A DNA stretch of 64,000 nucleotides. It comes from Myxococcota bacterium. GTDB lineage: Bacteria; Myxococcota_A; UBA796; CAJQPC01. This document shows, piece by piece, positions 59,751 through 64,000 of this stretch. A program made the translations under genes and the position numbers. Under the pieces are notes generated by a model. The model was not told the origin of the DNA and ran no database searches. It worked only from the letters and a program-made list of their open reading frames with translations. Each line of letters starts with the position of its first letter. The stretch's first letter is position 1. The DNA lies in NCBI GenBank assembly GCA_036012755.1, contig DASCPX010000059.1, positions 1 to 64,000 on the forward strand, in the 5' to 3' direction.

Positions 59751-60578
59751 ATGCTGCGATGGGGCCTCATCGGAGCGGGCCGCGCAGGCAGGGCCCGTAC
59801 AAAAGCGATCCTCCACGACCCACGCTCGAGGCTGATCGGCGCCTTCGGGGGAGACCCCGAGACCCTTGGTGTGGGGGTGATGCCCAGCCTGGAGGTGCTG
59901 TTCGACTCGGTCGACGCGGTGGCCATCTGCACCCCCGACGTGAGCCACGCCGCCCTCGCCCGCACTGCCCTGGTCGCCGGAATGCACGTGCTCGTCGAGT
60001 ACCCCCTGGCCGGGTCTCGAGAGGTCGCGGCCACGCTGTTGGAGTTCGCTGCTTCCAGGAGTCGGGTGCTCCACGTGGAACACATCGAGCTCCTGAGCGC
60101 CACCCACCTCGTCTTCGCCAGGCACCTGCAGGGCGCCTCGGTGCTCGGCGGCCACGTGCGCTTCACGGGGCCGCCGAGACAGGGCCTCCTCAGCGTCGCC
60201 CACGCCAACGTCGCCCGGCTCCACCGGGTGGTCGACGCCATCGGGCTCCCCGACTCGATCGAAGGCTCCACCACCGGCGGCCTCGTCGAGGGATCGCTCG
60301 GCTACGGCGCCGCGGGCGTGAGCCTGCGCTTCGAGCTCGGCGAGGATCTGCCTCGCCGAACCGACATGCTGATCGAGACCACCAGCGGCAAGGTCAGGCT
60401 CGAGGGCAAGGAAGTGCTGGTGGACGGGGTGGTCAGCCAGCTCGACGAGCAGCCGGGGCTGTTCGCCAGCGACCAGCGTCGCGCGACCGCCCGCATCCTG
60501 GATGGCGGCCCGTCTTATGTGTCCGACTCCCGGGTGCTCGATGTCCTTGGACTTGCGGATGCGCTTTCCAGCACTTAG
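59751..60578 (+). CDS. Gfo/Idh/MocA oxidoreductase, biliverdin-reductase-like
   Basis: 'GAGRAGRAR', 'HVLVEYPL', 'VLHVEHIELL'. Confidence 0.8.
   Translation: MLRWGLIGAGRAGRARTKAILHDPRSRLIGAFGGDPETLGVGVMPSLEVLFDSVDAVAICTPDVSHAALARTALVAGMHVLVEYPLAGSREVAATLLEFAASRSRVLHVEHIELLSATHLVFARHLQGASVLGGHVRFTGPPRQGLLSVAHANVARLHRVVDAIGLPDSIEGSTTGGLVEGSLGYGAAGVSLRFELGEDLPRRTDMLIETTSGKVRLEGKEVLVDGVVSQLDEQPGLFASDQRRATARILDGGPSYVSDSRVLDVLGLADALSST
60067..60082. promoter_or_regulatory. Possible parS (one mismatch, inside CDS)
   Basis: TGCTCCACGTGGAACA; coincides with the LHVEH protein motif. Confidence 0.4.
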
Positions 60579-60604
60579 AGCGTCGCCTTCTTTGACGTTC
60601 AGCC

Positions 60605-60763
60605 CTGCAGGTGTCCCACGTCGTGGGATGAAACGGGAAGTCGGTGAGAGACCGACACGGCCCCCGCCACTGTGACCGGGTACGCCCTCCGCGATTGCCA
60701 CCCCTGATGAGGGGGAAGGCGCGACGGGGCGGATGATCCGGGAGTCAGGAGACCGGCCTGTAG
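60605..60763 (+). ncRNA. Cobalamin riboswitch
   Basis: P1 CTGCAGG/CCTGTAG; 'AAACGGGAAGTCGGTGAGAGACCGACACGGCCCCCGCCACTGT'; 'GGGAAGGC'; B12 box 'GAGTCAGGAGACCGGCC'. Confidence 0.95.
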
Positions 60764-60796
60764 CAGCTCGACCAGCCTTTCGGGAGGAAAGGCGGC

Positions 60797-62797
60797 TTGC
60801 TCTACATCCTTGCCACCAGCGCCATCGCCGAAGACGAGACCACCATCGTGGTCGAGGACGAGGCCGTGCGTCAGACGCAGGTGCTCGAGACCTCGGCCAG
60901 CGTGACCGTGCTCGAGGTCGACCAGACGGTCGCGGCCAGCACGGACGTCGCTGGCCTCGTCGAGAGCGCCACGGGGACGACGGTGGTGCGGCTGGGCGGC
61001 CTCGGGGACTGGTCCGGAGTGAGCATCCGCGGCTCCACGGCTCGGCAGGTACAGGTCCACCTCGACGGCATCCCACTGAATCCCGACGGGGCCTCGACGG
61101 TGAACCTCTCGGAGCTGCCACTGCAGGCCTTCGAGCAGGTGGAGGTCTGGCGAGGGAACGCGCCCCCGCAGTTCGGGGCGGCGCCGATCGGCGGGGTCGT
61201 GAACCTCGTGACCGGGACTCCGGATGATGGCGAGCTGCACGGCGCCGCCGGCTCCTTCGGCACATGGAAGCTCGGCGGCCTGGTCGCCGCACCGCTCGGA
61301 GACGAGGTCGACGGCCTGTTCATGGCGGACACCTTCAGGACGCGCGGTGACTTCGACTACTTCGCGGACAACGCCACCCTCTACAACACCTGGGACGACA
61401 GCTGGAAGGTCCGCGAGAACAACACGACGGACCAGGCCAGCCTGCATGGCCGGCTGTCCTTCGACACACCGCTGGGCGAGGTCGACATCGTCGAGGCCTG
61501 GCTCGCCCGGGACGAGGGCGTGCCCGGTCACGTCAACGCCGAGGCTGCGGCCACCTCGCTCGAGACCAGGCGCAGCCTGACGGCCCTTGGGCTGGAACAC
61601 CGAGGAAACGGCTGGCAGATCGACACCCGGGCCTGGGGCAGCCACCGTCGCGAGCTTTGGGCCGATCTCGACGGCGAGGTCGGCACCGGCGGCCAGCTGG
61701 GGCTGACCCGACTCAGCAGCCTGGGTGTGTTGGCCAGCGGTCGCTACGGCCTCCGTCTCTGGCTGGTCCCGGGCGTCACGGTCAGCGGGCGTGTCGACCA
61801 CCACCGCAGCGAGGACCGCCTCGCTGACCTGGAGAGCGAGGCCAGCCGCCGCCTGCACCTCGACGGGGCGCTCCACGCCGATGTCCTGCTCTGGGGCGAG
61901 CGCCTGACCATCTCGCCGGTGCTCGCGGGTCTGTGGCTCGACAACCGCGCCCTCGGCACCGTGCCCTTCGAGGACACCCCCGTGGCTCCGGCGGGGGAGG
62001 ACACCCTGCTCACGGCCACACCGCGCATCGGAGTGTTGCTGCGGCCTCTCCCCAGCCTCGCCTTGAAGGCCAACGCCGGGCGCTACGTCCGGCCCCCCGA
62101 CTTCACCGAGCTCTTCGGTGACCGCGGCACCATCATCGGCAACACCGAGCTGGTGCCGGAGACAGGTCTGCACTGGGATGTCGGGGGCCGCGTCGAGCAC
62201 GACGGGGAGCAGCTCGGCGTCGCCTTGGACCTCGGCCACTACTGGCTCTGGTCGAAGGACCGCATCGTCCTGCTCCAGAACAGCCAGCGCACCAGCGTGC
62301 CGAGGAACCTCGGCGAGGCCTGGATCCAGGGGGTCGAGGCGGCGCTGTCCCTGGAGATCGTCGGCGTCGTCGACTCCCGCTCGGCCGTGACGCGGAACGT
62401 CAGCGTCAACATGGTCCGGACCAGGGCCTACGCGGGCAACCAGCTGCCGCGTGTTCCGACCTGGGAGATCTCCCAGTCCACCTCGCTGCACTGGGAGGAG
62501 CGCGTCCGGGCTGGCCACACCTGGTCCTACACGGCGGGCAACTACTGGGACGCCACGAACTGGCACCTGGCGCCGCCGCGAAACCTGCACAGCGTCTTCC
62601 TGCGCGTCCAGCCCACACCGGCCTGGCCCTCTGCGGAGCTCAGCGTGCTCAACCTCTTCGACAGAACGGTCGAGGTCGTCCCACGCAACGTCCTCGACGA
62701 GACCGACACCTCGCGCATCGTTTCACCAATCACCAACTTCGTCGGATACCCGCTGCCCGGTCGCACGCTGCTCTTCAGCCTGCGCTGGGCTCTCTGA
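60797..62797 (+). CDS. btuB: TonB-dependent receptor, probable cobalamin transporter
   Basis: Plug motifs 'SIRGS', 'LDGIPLN', 'VEVWRG', 'GGVVNL'; C-terminal 'YPLPGR'; lies directly under the B12 riboswitch. Confidence 0.85.
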   Translation: MLYILATSAIAEDETTIVVEDEAVRQTQVLETSASVTVLEVDQTVAASTDVAGLVESATGTTVVRLGGLGDWSGVSIRGSTARQVQVHLDGIPLNPDGASTVNLSELPLQAFEQVEVWRGNAPPQFGAAPIGGVVNLVTGTPDDGELHGAAGSFGTWKLGGLVAAPLGDEVDGLFMADTFRTRGDFDYFADNATLYNTWDDSWKVRENNTTDQASLHGRLSFDTPLGEVDIVEAWLARDEGVPGHVNAEAAATSLETRRSLTALGLEHRGNGWQIDTRAWGSHRRELWADLDGEVGTGGQLGLTRLSSLGVLASGRYGLRLWLVPGVTVSGRVDHHRSEDRLADLESEASRRLHLDGALHADVLLWGERLTISPVLAGLWLDNRALGTVPFEDTPVAPAGEDTLLTATPRIGVLLRPLPSLALKANAGRYVRPPDFTELFGDRGTIIGNTELVPETGLHWDVGGRVEHDGEQLGVALDLGHYWLWSKDRIVLLQNSQRTSVPRNLGEAWIQGVEAALSLEIVGVVDSRSAVTRNVSVNMVRTRAYAGNQLPRVPTWEISQSTSLHWEERVRAGHTWSYTAGNYWDATNWHLAPPRNLHSVFLRVQPTPAWPSAELSVLNLFDRTVEVVPRNVLDETDTSRIVSPITNFVGYPLPGRTLLFSLRWAL

Positions 62798-62807
62798 GGA
62801 GACCACC

Positions 62808-63911
62808 ATGACCATCCTGACCCTCGCGTTGTCACTCGGCTGTCCGCCGAGCCCCACCCCCGACTCCAGCCTGGAGGCCGACACCGACGCCGACACGGAC
62901 GCCGACACCGACACCGACACCGACGCCGACACGGACTCGGACACCGACACCGACCCACAAGGCCAGACCACGGCCTACTTGACGACTTCTGACTTCTCTG
63001 TCGGAGCTCTGGCGGTAGTGAACCTCGAAGACGGCACCTTCGACGAGCCGACGGACATCGCCGCTGACGCCTCGGTGCACGTCGAGGACGGCCACGTCTA
63101 CGTGATCGGGCGCCTGGGCTTCGACTACGTGCGGCGGTACCTTCCCGGCAGCTGGGACGCTCCGGTCTCCGAGTTCTCTGTCGGCACCAACCCCAACGAC
63201 CTCGAGATCTGCGACAGCAAGACCTTCGTGAGCCACTACGGCGAGACCTGGATCGGCATCTACGACGACGACGGCACCCTCACCGGGACCGTCGATCTCT
63301 CGACCTATGGCGACTCCGACACGATCGGGCCAGAGGCCTCGAACCTCGCGGAGGTCGCCGGCACGCTCTACGTGGTCCTCCAGCGCCTCAATCGTGACGG
63401 CGGCTGGGTCACGGAGGGCTCCAAGGTCGTCGAGATAGACTGCGCCAGCGAGTCGATCACCGGGGACTGGGACGTCGGCGGAAACGCGCAGCTCTGGCAG
63501 GCTCCCACGGGCGAGCTCTACGTCACCCACGAGGCCTGGGACACCACTCCGGCGGGGCTCTCCAAGCTCGATCCGGGTGGAGACGGCTTCACGACCGTCG
63601 TCGAATTCACCGACGGCAACCCCGTGGGCATCGCCGTCAGCCAGGACGGCACCACCGGCCTGATGAACATCACGAACTCGAGCTACCAGTACGGCGTGCA
63701 GTGTGTCGACCTGGGCGACGGCAGCACCACCGAAGCCGAGTGGCTCGACTACGGCTACATGGTGGGCATCGGCGGAAACGACAGGGACGAGGCCTTCATG
63801 GGCGGTCACTACGGCGCCGCCAACGGAGTCGTGGTCTACGACATCGCGAGCTGCGCCCAGACCTCGGTCATCGGCACCACCTTGCCTGGCACCTCGGTCG
63901 TCTTCGACTGA
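62808..63911 (+). CDS. DT-repeat beta-propeller (YncE-like) lipoprotein, candidate B12-binding partner
   Basis: SD GAGGAG; MTILTLALSLGC; acidic repeat; 'NPND', 'LYVVLQRL', 'PVGIAVS' blade-like motifs. Confidence 0.78.
   Translation: MTILTLALSLGCPPSPTPDSSLEADTDADTDADTDTDTDADTDSDTDTDPQGQTTAYLTTSDFSVGALAVVNLEDGTFDEPTDIAADASVHVEDGHVYVIGRLGFDYVRRYLPGSWDAPVSEFSVGTNPNDLEICDSKTFVSHYGETWIGIYDDDGTLTGTVDLSTYGDSDTIGPEASNLAEVAGTLYVVLQRLNRDGGWVTEGSKVVEIDCASESITGDWDVGGNAQLWQAPTGELYVTHEAWDTTPAGLSKLDPGGDGFTTVVEFTDGNPVGIAVSQDGTTGLMNITNSSYQYGVQCVDLGDGSTTEAEWLDYGYMVGIGGNDRDEAFMGGHYGAANGVVVYDIASCAQTSVIGTTLPGTSVVFD
62880..62954 (+). repeat. Asp-X dipeptide repeat (DTDADTDADTDTDTDADTDSDTDTD)
   Basis: Directly visible, 25 codons. 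Confidence 0.9.
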
Positions 63912-64000
63912 TGTTGTTGTTCCTCGCCGCTTGCGCCGTCGAGGCTCCCAAGGCCTGCGACCCCATGTGCTCCTCTGCCGCCGAGCTCTACGGCGGCTGC
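63911..64000 (+). CDS. 5' end of Cys-rich lipoprotein (runs off window)
   Basis: ATG overlaps the upstream TGA; MLLFLAACAVEAPKACDPMC... Confidence 0.6.
   Translation, partial: MLLFLAACAVEAPKACDPMCSSAAELYGGC

Overview
GC-rich bacterial chromosome segment, most likely from a Myxococcota lineage. The assignment rests on a MYXO-CTERM sorting tail, Myxococcus-type parS sites (TGTTCCACGTGGAAC) and a bactofilin gene directly after parB. The window carries the usually origin-proximal mnmG-rsmG-parA-parB-bactofilin-udk cluster with three or four parS sites, but I saw no dnaA and no DnaA-box cluster. The first ~3 kb is a decayed accessory patch: the end of an IS630 transposase, a DT-repeat/L-domain lipoprotein, and an internally deleted IS91-family element that truncates a lipoprotein gene. 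The rest holds arcA, tesB, mscS, a MarR-linked beta-oxidation pair, def-fmt, a GMC oxidoreductase pair, an RluA synthase, a PhoB-like regulator, and a cobalamin riboswitch-btuB-lipoprotein unit, plus many uncharacterised envelope proteins. The most unusual signals are: (1) window-wide ultra-short signal peptides with no basic residue; (2) a TANNNT box 5-8 nt before many start codons, suggesting widespread leaderless mRNA; (3) a coupled pair of an intact and a degenerate Hsp90/GHKL ATPase; (4) a Fur-like box that also encodes a signal peptide; (5) parS sites lying on putative promoters; (6) a miniature kinase remnant split at a G10 tract. All calls come from reading motifs by eye; no database searches were run.
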